Below are positions 1 to 10,626 of a stretch of DNA of 64,000 nt, in pieces. The notes beneath the pieces were generated by a model, which searched no databases, was not told the DNA's origin, and saw only the letters and a program-made list of their open reading frames with translations. Positions within the stretch are counted from its first letter, which is position 1. Each line of letters opens with the position of its first letter. Made by a program: the position numbers and the translations under genes. Source of the DNA: Bacteroidota bacterium (GTDB lineage Bacteria > Bacteroidota > Bacteroidia > Bacteroidales > JAADJA01); the NCBI GenBank assembly GCA_020444515.1, contig JAHLKX010000003.1, positions 384,997 to 448,996 on the forward strand. The letters are read 5' to 3'.

Positions 1-638
1 AGATAATAGATCAATTCCTGCTCAAATCGGTTTTTATCCACATCCTCCTGGTCGACCACTTCATATACATCCTTTTTGATTTTTGCCCTGAGGTTTTGCA
101 ACCGGTCGTTTTCGAACCGGGGTACCTGCTCCAGCAATTCCATGATCTTTTCATTGCGGTAAACCAGGTCTTTTTTGAGGCTGGCACCCTCCTGCACCCT
201 GAATTCATCCACCTTCTCCATGGCATTGTGGATAGCCTCCACCAGGGCTTTCCATTCTGCTTCGCTGATCTCTTCGCGGGAAGGGACCATTACGTCGGGC
301 AGGCGCATGATCACCTGGAGGAGATTGTCGGTATCGCCAAGGTTTATCTCGCCGGATATTCCCTTCAACTCATGATAATATTTCTTCACCAGGTCGCGAT
401 TGATGGCATAGCCGGTACCCTCACCATTGGCCTCAAGGGTGATCACAAAATCGATCTTTCCACGTTGTAGTTTGGCTGCTATCAGACTCCGGAAGTCAAA
501 TTCCCTTTCTCTGTATCCATTGGGAATGCGGGCATTGATATCGAGAAACTTGCTGTTGAGCGATTTGATCTCGATGATCAGTTTACGATTATTAAATACA
601 CACTCCGACTTTCCGAAGCCTGTCATGGATTTAATCAT
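1..638 (-). CDS. yicC: YicC family stress-induced protein (partial; 3' end runs off the window start)
   Basis: My own translation of the minus strand from the ATG at 638 gives MIKSMTGFGKSECVFNNRKLIIEIKSLNSKFLDINARIPNGYREREFDFRS..., open to position 1. The MTGFG N-terminus and overall layout are typical of YicC/UPF0701. It is absent from the ORF track because there is no stop inside the window. Confidence 0.8.
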   Translation of the reverse strand, partial: MIKSMTGFGKSECVFNNRKLIIEIKSLNSKFLDINARIPNGYREREFDFRSLIAAKLQRGKIDFVITLEANGEGTGYAINRDLVKKYYHELKGISGEINLGDTDNLLQVIMRLPDVMVPSREEISEAEWKALVEAIHNAMEKVDEFRVQEGASLKKDLVYRNEKIMELLEQVPRFENDRLQNLRAKIKKDVYEVVDQEDVDKNRFEQELIYY

Positions 639-773
639 AACAAATGATTTTGGGCAAAAGTAGGAAATAATGTTGGTTTTTTCATCTACGTTTCAGGATT
701 CAATGATTTAATAAAAACAGCCGGATCAATCTGGTTGTTCTGGCAGCATTGATCCTCTATTCGGATTAAATAA

Positions 774-2303
<1,530 letters not shown>

Positions 2304-2632
2304 CGTAATGGTCCCAGATTGACTTTACCAGGAAGCAGAAACAAGGCAAATACAAGTTACCGGTAATTTGAAATCCCATTCAAAAATACAATTCTGCACG
2401 CACTCAAACGGACAATTCAGTGCTATTACTTTCAGCTTTTCCAGGTATTCTTTGAATTTTGCACCCTATCATTCGTCCTATTTAAATAGCTTCTAAATGG
2501 CCAATTGTTAATAAAAAATCGTGTTTGTAGCAAGTTCTTGCTACTTCTGAACTTTCTTTTCTCATTAATTTTAGAAAATAAAATACTACTTTCATCGGTG
2601 ATTAGGTTAAAACTTAATATAATTCATGAGTA

Positions 2633-3118
2633 ATGGCCTGTTATGATCCGTATTACAAAAGGAAAAACTTCTTAAAATTTGCACTTGGATATATCATATT
2701 GATGGTTATACCCTTATATATCCCTTCAGTTTATGCTTCATATAGTACCAACTTGAATAAAGCACACAACAGGAATATACAATGGCTGATACTTCATAGT
2801 GATATCGCTGATGATTGTATTTCCCAATCCGAGGATGATCCTCAGGGAACAACACAACAATTGCAACTATCCCCCCTGCCGGCGGATACCCTGCCGGCAC
2901 CATTGGTACAGGAGGATGTCATTTTCATTTCAACCGGTCAAACCCTTACCTGGGACAGCTCTTTTTTTATGAATGCCCATACTGTAATTATCGATAGCAA
3001 TGCAACATTGATCATTCATGACACGGTGTATGTTAAACCCCAATCAAAGATCATTGTCGAAAGAGGCGGCCGGCTGGAAATTGATGGTGGAGCCATCATC
3101 GGTCATTGCCTCTGGTAG
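2633..3118 (+). CDS. N-terminal fragment (signal peptide plus start of a beta-helix-like region) of a T9SS cargo gene, ended by an in-frame TAG
   Basis: Hydrophobic signal-like N-terminus KRKNFLKFALGYIILMVIPLYIPSVYAS. It is in the same reading frame as 3143..5521, separated only by the TAG at 3116..3118. Confidence 0.55.
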   Translation: MACYDPYYKRKNFLKFALGYIILMVIPLYIPSVYASYSTNLNKAHNRNIQWLILHSDIADDCISQSEDDPQGTTQQLQLSPLPADTLPAPLVQEDVIFISTGQTLTWDSSFFMNAHTVIIDSNATLIIHDTVYVKPQSKIIVERGGRLEIDGGAIIGHCLW

Positions 3119-3142
3119 GGCATCCAGGTTTGGGGCACCAAC

Positions 3143-5521
3143 TTGGAACCGCCATCCAATTATAGTGCTCATGGGCAAGTCATACTAAAGAATGCTGCAA
3201 TCATTGAAAATGCCAAATACGCAATCCGTACCATTAAAGCCGAAAGCGATCAAACAGAAGGTGAACAACTGGACTATCACTATTCCGGAGGACAGATAGT
3301 TATGGAAAGCAATTCCAGGATCCGGAATTGTGAGTATGGGGTTTGCTTTTATCCATATGAATATGATCATATTAGTGTAATCAAAGATGCGGTGTTTGAA
3401 ACAACTGCCGAGCTTTCTAACACAAGCGGTTTACCCTATACACATATTTACCTGAACGATGTATTTGGTGTAGATTTTAAGGGTTGTACGTTTATCAACA
3501 GTCGCGAATCTACCGCTGTTGAAGCTGATGAAAGGGGCATGGGTATATACAGTTATAACTCCGGATTTAATGTTGTTCCGTATTGCACCTCTCAAATAGA
3601 TCCCTGCCCCTCTTCCTCACAGCAACCCAACCATTTCGAGAATCTGTACTATGGCATTAAAGCCCTCAATAGTGGTTCTGTGAGAACTTTTACAGTGGAT
3701 ACTGCAGAATTTGAGAATAATGTAAGAGGCCTGTATGCCAGTGCAATCGACCTGGCAGAAGTTATTAGATGCGATTTTAAAACCTGGGATAATACCAATC
3801 CATTCATTGAAGATTATGGCCTTTATCTTGATAATTGCACAGGTTATATGATCGAGGAAAACTATTTCCACAACGACGAACAGGTCCAGGAAGGCGTTGG
3901 TTTGGTCATCAATAATTCAGGTTCAGATTTTAATGAAATTTACAACAATCAATTTGAAAATACCAATTATGCAACCCTGACACAAGGATGTAATAGAGAC
4001 GCTGACCCAGATTATGGATTAAAAATCAAATGCAACGATTATTGGAATAACGATCATGATATCGTAGTATCTTATGATACGGCCACTGTTTACCCGGGGA
4101 TTTCCAAGGCGCAAGGTGCACCGGGAGCCACGCAAATGCAGGCCGGTAATACATTCAGCCACAATAATAATGGGATCAGTACCAGTGATTTTTATAACAT
4201 TAAAGATGGTTTTTTTACTTACTACCATCATGATCCCGACTCTACCCCCTCAGACAATGTTGTTCCCATTTATTACACTAATAAATACATAAGCTTAAGT
4301 AACGAAGGCAACCCATATTCAAAATTAAATAGTTGTGCATCGCATATTGATACCACAGGTGGCGGAGGACAGGGAGAAGAGGAAATGCGAAGTAGCATGG
4401 TCGTTAATGAAAATGAAGCCGACAGTGTGCAGGCAATCCTTACCGCGCTGGTCGACGGGGGCAATACCTCGGTTCTCGAACAGCAGGTTTACCAGAGTAT
4501 GCCGCCTCAGTCATACGACCTTTACATGAACCTGATGGGCAAATCACCTTACCTGAGCGATTCGGTTCTGCTGGCTGCCATCGAAAAAGAAAATGTCCTG
4601 AACAATGCCATGATCAAAGAGATCCTTATAGCCAATCCCCAATCTGCCAAATCGGGGCAGGTGATGGATAAGGTAGATGAAAAAACCAATCCACTTACCG
4701 AAGAAATGATCGCCGAGATACTGCTGGGGAAATATATGGTAGCTGCCAAAGAAAAGCTGGAGTCGCAGGTAAGCTGGTACAGGCACCAGCGGGCCATGAC
4801 CCTGAACCGCTTGCTCAGGTCGTACAGGAATGATACCATCCATGCCTGGGCTAACGACAGCTTGCAGGCAATCCTGACCCGTGAAAAGAGGCTTTCCGAT
4901 AAGTACCGCCTAACCCTTACTTATTTTGCTAACGGTAATGTTCAAAACGCTTCGAATGTGCTGGAAGTCCTACCGGGAGCGTATACCATGAATGCCCAGC
5001 AACTGGCATATTATGATGATATGAATGATTTCTTCGACATATATTCCGGATTGCCTGATAGTTTACAGATCGACAGTTTGACAGAAGTGCAACTATCGGT
5101 ATTGCAAGCGCTGGCTGATTATTTAATGACAAGGCCTGCTGCCTATGCACGTAACCTGCTGATGGAATATGCCGGGTACCCATACCAGGAGCCCATCATC
5201 CTGCCTGAAGAAGGACTGAAGGCTGCCGAAGCGCTGGTGAACAACGACTTAACGGTCGGCAAAACTTCTGCGGATAATTTTAGTATCTATCCCAACCCTG
5301 CGGATAATGTTGTGATCATCGACATGAAAACGGTCAATTCGAACGGTATTCGTGTATCGTTATATGATAATCAGGGGCGCCCTGTAAAAACGGTGGTAAT
5401 ACCGGCATGGGAACAACAATTCATCATGGGTACCGGTAGACTTGAAACCGGTATTTACCTTGTAAAACTGGAAAAAAACGGTAAAACCCTCGGAACTAAA
5501 AAACTAAGTATCATCCGTTAA
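3143..5521 (+). CDS. T9SS cargo protein body (beta-helix-like region, helical middle, C-terminal T9SS sorting domain); no own signal peptide or ATG start
   Basis: The C-terminus FSIYPNPADNVVIIDM...GIYLVKLEKNGKTLGTKKLSIIR matches the T9SS type A CTD pattern. The frame is open from 3119, immediately after the TAG. The track start at 3143 is a TTG. Confidence 0.7.
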   Translation: MEPPSNYSAHGQVILKNAAIIENAKYAIRTIKAESDQTEGEQLDYHYSGGQIVMESNSRIRNCEYGVCFYPYEYDHISVIKDAVFETTAELSNTSGLPYTHIYLNDVFGVDFKGCTFINSRESTAVEADERGMGIYSYNSGFNVVPYCTSQIDPCPSSSQQPNHFENLYYGIKALNSGSVRTFTVDTAEFENNVRGLYASAIDLAEVIRCDFKTWDNTNPFIEDYGLYLDNCTGYMIEENYFHNDEQVQEGVGLVINNSGSDFNEIYNNQFENTNYATLTQGCNRDADPDYGLKIKCNDYWNNDHDIVVSYDTATVYPGISKAQGAPGATQMQAGNTFSHNNNGISTSDFYNIKDGFFTYYHHDPDSTPSDNVVPIYYTNKYISLSNEGNPYSKLNSCASHIDTTGGGGQGEEEMRSSMVVNENEADSVQAILTALVDGGNTSVLEQQVYQSMPPQSYDLYMNLMGKSPYLSDSVLLAAIEKENVLNNAMIKEILIANPQSAKSGQVMDKVDEKTNPLTEEMIAEILLGKYMVAAKEKLESQVSWYRHQRAMTLNRLLRSYRNDTIHAWANDSLQAILTREKRLSDKYRLTLTYFANGNVQNASNVLEVLPGAYTMNAQQLAYYDDMNDFFDIYSGLPDSLQIDSLTEVQLSVLQALADYLMTRPAAYARNLLMEYAGYPYQEPIILPEEGLKAAEALVNNDLTVGKTSADNFSIYPNPADNVVIIDMKTVNSNGIRVSLYDNQGRPVKTVVIPAWEQQFIMGTGRLETGIYLVKLEKNGKTLGTKKLSIIR

Positions 5522-5570
5522 TCAAATAAACTTTTTGAAAGAAGAGTGGCATGTTTTACCTTTGTTAAAA

Positions 5571-7079
5571 ATGAGATACATTCTAATAATCGGTCTAATG
5601 ATTCCTCATCTACTGTTTGCACAGGAGCAGGTTTATTTTAATAACCTCTATAACCCTCAAAGTAATTTTGCTATGGGGCGAGGAGTTATTGAAAATGACA
5701 ATGGATATATATGTTTGTTTGGAACAAAAGATAACAGTAACACCTGGTATTCCATCGGTATGCTAAAAATATCCAAAACCGGGACCACAGATGATTTAAA
5801 CGTCTTTGGTTCGCCCGGATTGGATTTTTATGCAAGTACTGTCGGGGGAACACTAATTAAAACATTAGATGGAAATCTGGCATTTGCATTTCAGGTTCAA
5901 AATTCTTCAACGGTTTATTCTTCAATGATCAAGGCCGATTATGATCTTGATACCATTTGGAAAAAGGATTATAATACAGAAAATTACTGGACGATGATAG
6001 TCAAGTGTAAACAGACGTCTGACTCTGGATATATATTGGTAGGGAATGCACAACCTGATGCAAGCTCTTATTACGACTTTTTGCTTATTAAAACCGATAG
6101 CGAGGGTAATGAAGAGTGGCATCAAAATTATGGGGGAAATTGGGCAGAACATGGAACCGATGTAATCCAAACCCCTGATGGTGGTTACCTGATTGGTGGT
6201 TTTTTCTGGAAACCCGGCTACACCCATTCATTAAATGCGATGGTGGTAAAATCGGACAGTATGGGCAACGAAGAATGGACTAAGTACTACGGTAATCCCA
6301 ATATTGATGATGACATGGCCCTGGTTGCCATGGCTGATGACGGGAATTATCTTGTGGCTACGGTTTATGGGGAAATCATAAATACGCCATATACACGGTC
6401 AGGCAGGATATACATTCTTAAAATTGATAATTCCGGAGGTATAATTTGGGATAAGAAAGTAGGTGTAACCCGTGATGGTTATTATATGAAGAATTTCAGA
6501 ATTACGGGTGAAAACGAATACATTGCCAATGGGTGGTCCAAGTTAATTGATTCTTCTTTCCCAAATTACTATCCGGGATGGATTTTAAAACTTGACCAGA
6601 ATGGCGATAGCCTTTGGTACCGGGATTATTATCATTTTAACGGATCATATGACGAAAACCATATTTATGATGTCAGCCAAACATCGGATAACGGTTACAT
6701 AACCGTAGGCAAGGCCAATGTTGAATTCGGAACGGAACAGATGTGGGTGCTCAAGCTGGATAGTATGGGTTGTGATACGCCGGGCTGTGCTTTGGGAACC
6801 AATATATTTGATGCGCCTGCTACCAATACGCAGGGTCTCATGGTCTGGCCGAATCCAACCAGTGGACAGTTTAGTGTTCTGAGTTCTGAGTTCAGTGTTG
6901 GGGACAATAAAATCATCCGGGTTTATGATACGCATGGAATAAATGTATACGAAATAGAAGTTCCGGCAGGGAATGCAACTATTTCTATTGAAGCTTCAGG
7001 ATGGACTTCCGGGTTGTACTACCTTCAATATTTAATGGACGGAGAAGTTGTGGGGAGTGCAAAAATTATCAGGAATTAA
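5571..7079 (+). CDS. Secreted beta-propeller-like repeat protein with T9SS C-terminal sorting domain
   Basis: Trimmed to ATG 5571 (MRYILIIGLMIPHLLFAQEQ signal peptide). Recurring motifs are SDSGYILVGN, TPDGGYLIGG, ADDGNYLVAT and TSDNGYITVGK, each followed by K.D..G...W. The CTD reads VWPNPTSGQFSV...GLYYLQYL...AKIIRN. Confidence 0.8.
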   Translation: MRYILIIGLMIPHLLFAQEQVYFNNLYNPQSNFAMGRGVIENDNGYICLFGTKDNSNTWYSIGMLKISKTGTTDDLNVFGSPGLDFYASTVGGTLIKTLDGNLAFAFQVQNSSTVYSSMIKADYDLDTIWKKDYNTENYWTMIVKCKQTSDSGYILVGNAQPDASSYYDFLLIKTDSEGNEEWHQNYGGNWAEHGTDVIQTPDGGYLIGGFFWKPGYTHSLNAMVVKSDSMGNEEWTKYYGNPNIDDDMALVAMADDGNYLVATVYGEIINTPYTRSGRIYILKIDNSGGIIWDKKVGVTRDGYYMKNFRITGENEYIANGWSKLIDSSFPNYYPGWILKLDQNGDSLWYRDYYHFNGSYDENHIYDVSQTSDNGYITVGKANVEFGTEQMWVLKLDSMGCDTPGCALGTNIFDAPATNTQGLMVWPNPTSGQFSVLSSEFSVGDNKIIRVYDTHGINVYEIEVPAGNATISIEASGWTSGLYYLQYLMDGEVVGSAKIIRN

Positions 7080-7182
7080 CCCTCACTTTTTTGATGGTGA
7101 ACTGGATACAAAACTTGAATTTTCAACGAGGGCTTCGCTCTGAGCGAAATCCTCGTTTTGCAAAACAGCTTTTAGAAAATAC

Positions 7183-7190
7183 TAACTTTG
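7183..7190 (+). promoter_or_regulatory. -7 promoter box TAACTTTG, 5 nt upstream of the ATG at 7196
   Basis: Exact TAnnTTTG match. Confidence 0.4.
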
Positions 7191-7195
7191 CTAAC

Positions 7196-9346
7196 ATGAG
7201 AATCCTTTTACTTTTTCTGATACTCTGGCCTTTCATCCTTCAGGCGCAATCCCACGACAACTGGCTCACCCCTTTTGCCACGATAGAGTTTGAGAAAGAC
7301 AAGGTAGTTTACCGGTATATGGGGAATAATCCGATTTGCGCATTGGAACCTCAATTTCTTATTCCCGATCTGATCATTCCTGTACCAGAAAGCAATCCCA
7401 CCAACATGGGCTGCAAAGCGATCATGGAGGAGATGGACTTGTTTCATCAATACCTCCTCGATCCCAACCACCCAACCAACGACAAAACCGATCAACTGCG
7501 CTACCTGAAGGCCTTTGCCCTGCAAACCGTTTTGGCTTTGGGTCGTTATGAATTGCCATCCGAAAGTCTTTTTGAAAAGGTTCATCAATTAGCAATCAAT
7601 CCTGATCAGGAAATGGCCAACCGGGCAAAGCTGGTCGCAAAGCTTTATCAGCGGGTTGAAGAAACATTAAAGGAAAAGAGAGCAAACATCAACTATATTC
7701 ATGAATCCGCTTCTTCCGGTTTGTTTCCTGCTATGTTTTCATGTGAAAGGATTGTAAGTCCTAATGCTTTGAGAGATATGGCTCCTTCTGATTCTGTGGT
7801 TTGGCCAAAATATTACGGAGAACCTAATAGAAAAGACTACAGCTATGGCATTATTGAAACTTATGACCATGGTTATATCATGTGTGGAGGGTATTTTAAT
7901 GATGAGAGTACCTGGTCATGGTTAATTAAAATAGATGCTAATGGTGACACATTGTGGGAAAAAATATTGGAGTGTGGAGGTTTTAATTATCTTTTAGCTA
8001 TTAATCAAACAATGGATGGTGGAGTTATCGCTTGTGGGGCAATTCAATATAATAAGTCTGATCAAATGCCCTACATTATAAAGATTAATGCTTGTGGTCA
8101 AAAGGAATGGTGCAAAGGATTTTACACTTCAGAGCCGTTGGTTTTGCCTTGGGCACAAGATATTAAGGAAACAAATAATGGCGACTACATTGTCCTGATA
8201 AATACTTTTGGCGATTATCCAGAAGAAACTATGCATTTGTTTAGATTAAACACAAATGGCGATCTGTTATGGAAGAAGGCATTTTGTAGTGGATATTTTC
8301 ATCCAGAAGGAACCTTACCCTTAGGAAACAAGTTATTTATTACTTCAGATAATAATTATTTAATTTCCGGCGATGTTTATTGGGAAGATCCCTGGAATCC
8401 CGGAGGCCCAAAACCTATAAGGCCTATGTTGGTAATGGTAGATAGCAATGGAATAGAACAATGGGTACTTCCCTTTGGCTTGAGTGATACAATACATGGT
8501 ACTGCTAAAATGGCCATTGAGCCAAAAGGAAACGGCATATTTGTTGCCACCGGTTCGGATTGGGGTAACAGCCAGGTTAAACCATTTTTTATGAAATTCG
8601 ATCAAATTGGTAATGAATTGGATTCTCACAGTGAAGATCCTAAAAACTTTTGTACAGAAATATTTGAAGGAGCTTTTACCCGAATAATTAACAAAGAAGA
8701 AAAGTATTACCTTTCCGGTCTTTCAGAATTTGAACCAGGTGATATATTTGGAATATTCGAAGCCAGTATTGATACCAGTATATTTTCCTTGCCCATGCAA
8801 TTACATGATAGTATTATTTTGTTGGAAGAACAGGGACCTCATGATTTGATCTCAACAATGAATAACAAATTGATGAGTTCATCCACCTTCAAAGAATCCG
8901 GCAACTGGGACATCGCCCTCTCTAAGCTCAACCTCAACCTGGAGTACGACACCCTTGATCCGGGCAACTACACTTACGACAGCCTCTGCACTACCCCCGG
9001 TCTTCCCCAAAGCGGTTTTATCTTCCTGGATGATTGCGATATCATCACCGGGGTAGATATTCCCTCGCCGGAGGCGTATTATGCAGGTTTAAGGGTTATC
9101 CCCATCACTGCTTTTCCTAATCCTGCTAAGGATAAAGTTACGTTTGGGATAGAAAACACACAGTATCATAAACACATCACTTTAAGATGTTTTAACCTTC
9201 TTGGAAAGCAGGTGTTTGAAACCGCAATTCTAACCGGCCAAAAAGAAGCAGCCACGGATGTCAGCCGCTGGCCGCAGGGGATGTATTTGGCGGTGGTGTA
9301 TAGTGAGGGCTTGCCGGCGGGGGAGTGTAAGTTTGTGGTGCAGTAA
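7196..9346 (+). CDS. T9SS cargo: about 190-aa N-terminal helical domain fused to a beta-propeller-like repeat region and a T9SS CTD
   Basis: Trimmed to ATG 7196 (MRILLLFLILWPFILQAQ signal peptide). The N-domain is homologous to the ORF 10138..10623. The repeat region (YDHGYIMCGG, TMDGGVIACG, TNNGDYIVLIN) and the CTD (FPNPAKDKVTF...ECKFVVQ) are homologous to 10627..12276. Confidence 0.8.
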   Translation: MRILLLFLILWPFILQAQSHDNWLTPFATIEFEKDKVVYRYMGNNPICALEPQFLIPDLIIPVPESNPTNMGCKAIMEEMDLFHQYLLDPNHPTNDKTDQLRYLKAFALQTVLALGRYELPSESLFEKVHQLAINPDQEMANRAKLVAKLYQRVEETLKEKRANINYIHESASSGLFPAMFSCERIVSPNALRDMAPSDSVVWPKYYGEPNRKDYSYGIIETYDHGYIMCGGYFNDESTWSWLIKIDANGDTLWEKILECGGFNYLLAINQTMDGGVIACGAIQYNKSDQMPYIIKINACGQKEWCKGFYTSEPLVLPWAQDIKETNNGDYIVLINTFGDYPEETMHLFRLNTNGDLLWKKAFCSGYFHPEGTLPLGNKLFITSDNNYLISGDVYWEDPWNPGGPKPIRPMLVMVDSNGIEQWVLPFGLSDTIHGTAKMAIEPKGNGIFVATGSDWGNSQVKPFFMKFDQIGNELDSHSEDPKNFCTEIFEGAFTRIINKEEKYYLSGLSEFEPGDIFGIFEASIDTSIFSLPMQLHDSIILLEEQGPHDLISTMNNKLMSSSTFKESGNWDIALSKLNLNLEYDTLDPGNYTYDSLCTTPGLPQSGFIFLDDCDIITGVDIPSPEAYYAGLRVIPITAFPNPAKDKVTFGIENTQYHKHITLRCFNLLGKQVFETAILTGQKEAATDVSRWPQGMYLAVVYSEGLPAGECKFVVQ

Positions 9347-9425
9347 CAAACTGACCTGTTAGATTTGCCGCGGCTTTTGCTGGTGCTAAATAACGGGTCG
9401 AAGGGAAAAATTCTGAGAAATATTA

Positions 9426-9456
9426 TTTGACTTGATTAACTAATTAGTTAACTTTG
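9426..9456 (+). promoter_or_regulatory. Promoter (TTTG-N19-TAACTTTG) overlapping a perfect 16-bp palindrome TTAACTAATTAGTTAA; putative toxin-antitoxin operator
   Basis: TTTG at 9426..9429, TAACTTTG at 9449..9456, palindrome at 9436..9451. The GTG start of the toxin gene is at 9461. Confidence 0.5.
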
Positions 9457-9460
9457 CAAG

Positions 9461-9805
9461 GTGATCAGAAGAATTGTCGCATACAAGGAAAATTTTACCA
9501 ATTTTTACAAGAAACAGGACAGTAAGACACAAGTGAAAATTGAATATGTGCTTGACCTGGTTCGGTATGAAAAACAGGTACCGGCAAAGTTCTTTAAATA
9601 CCTGGAATCATCCGATGGTATCTATGAAATCAGGGTGATCACAACGTTTAAAAGTATTCGGATACTTTGCTTTTTTGATGAAGACCGACTGGTGGTTTTA
9701 ACCAATTGTTTTTTGAAAAAATCTCAAAAGACACCTGCTAAGGAGATCAAATCGGCTGAAAGACTGAAAAAAGAATATTTACAGGAAAAATACGGAGGAA
9801 TTTAG
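9461..9805 (+). CDS. higB: Type II toxin, RelE/ParE superfamily (HigB / Gp49-like)
   Basis: 114 aa with a GTG start. The pattern ...YEIRVITTFKSIRILCFFDEDRLVVLTNCFLKKSQKTPAKEI... is typical of Gp49/HigB-like toxins. The gene order is toxin first, with a 2-nt gap to an HTH gene. Confidence 0.7.
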   Translation: MIRRIVAYKENFTNFYKKQDSKTQVKIEYVLDLVRYEKQVPAKFFKYLESSDGIYEIRVITTFKSIRILCFFDEDRLVVLTNCFLKKSQKTPAKEIKSAERLKKEYLQEKYGGI

Positions 9806-9807
9806 AA

Positions 9808-10098
9808 ATGAAAAACATAACAGACTTCGAAGACATACTAAAAGAAAAATATGGTGAAAAGGGAACACCGGCCAGGGACAGGTACGAATCGGAATCGCTT
9901 GCCTTCCGGTTGGGGGTGATGTTAAAAGAAGCCAGGATACTGGCCAATATTACCCAGGAAGAGCTGGCGGAAAAAACCGGAACAAAAAAGAGTTATATTT
10001 CAAGGATCGAACGCGGCAAAAGCGATATCCAGATTTCGACCTATCAAAGGCTGATTGAGATCGGCCTGGGTAAACACTTGAACATTTCCATCGGTTAA
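9808..10098 (+). CDS. higA: XRE-family HTH antitoxin (HigA-like)
   Basis: The HTH segment ITQEELAEKTGTKKSYISRIERGKSDIQISTYQRLIE is Cro/C1-type. The gene lies immediately downstream of the toxin. Confidence 0.7.
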   Translation: MKNITDFEDILKEKYGEKGTPARDRYESESLAFRLGVMLKEARILANITQEELAEKTGTKKSYISRIERGKSDIQISTYQRLIEIGLGKHLNISIG

Positions 10099-10137
10099 GT
10101 AGGTCGTTCATTTCTAAAGTCTGAAAAAATAAAATCT

Positions 10138-10623
10138 ATGAAAAGTTTGCTGATCATCCTGTTTATTCCAATGCTGGCTTTCTCCCAGCAACCAAACGAA
10201 TTCTGGATCACCCCCGTTGCCAACATCGAATTTGGCGAAGAGCGGATCATCTATTCCTATTCCCTGGATGAATGCAATCCATTTATCAACCTGCACCCGG
10301 TTCACTACAGCGAAAAGGTCATGGAGATCAACGGCGTTTTCGGAACTGGCTGCATCGACGATTACCAGGATATGCTGAACCAGCTATCCGCCTACATCGA
10401 AGAATGGAACTACAATGCCGCCTCCAACAAGGACAAATACAATTACCTAAAGGCCGTTTGCCTGTTGACCATCTGGGATTATCCCGGTAAAAACATCCTT
10501 TCTGCCAATACCCTTGAAATACTCGGATACCTTGAAGATGACCTGTCTGTAGAAATTGCAAAAGCAACACAGCAGACTGTAAAACTTTATCATTTTTATC
10601 ACAAAGACAAAAACACCCCATAA
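10138..10623 (+). CDS. Secreted 161-aa protein, a stand-alone version of the N-terminal domain of 7196..9346
   Basis: Signal peptide MKSLLIILFIPMLAFSQQ. NEFWITPVANIEFGEERIIYSY aligns with DNWLTPFATIEFEKDKVVYRY, and KDKYNYLKAVCLLTIW aligns with TDQLRYLKAFALQTVL. Confidence 0.7.
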   Translation: MKSLLIILFIPMLAFSQQPNEFWITPVANIEFGEERIIYSYSLDECNPFINLHPVHYSEKVMEINGVFGTGCIDDYQDMLNQLSAYIEEWNYNAASNKDKYNYLKAVCLLTIWDYPGKNILSANTLEILGYLEDDLSVEIAKATQQTVKLYHFYHKDKNTP

Positions 10624-10626
10624 GCC

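Noticed and set aside
96-663. Plus-strand ORFs 96..470, 175..375 and 427..663.
   Set aside because: They are antisense to the clearly recognisable YicC coding frame on the minus strand.
3116-3118. TAG reassignment or an alternative genetic code as the explanation for the in-frame stop.
   Set aside because: TAG terminates guaB (2301..2303) and higB (9803..9805) at positions consistent with full-length proteins, so a genome-wide recoding is not supported.
7001-7195. Upstream extension of the cargo ORF overlapping the end of 5571..7079.
   Set aside because: The signal peptide and a -7 promoter box point to the ATG at 7196. The extension has no hydrophobic leader and overlaps the preceding CTD.
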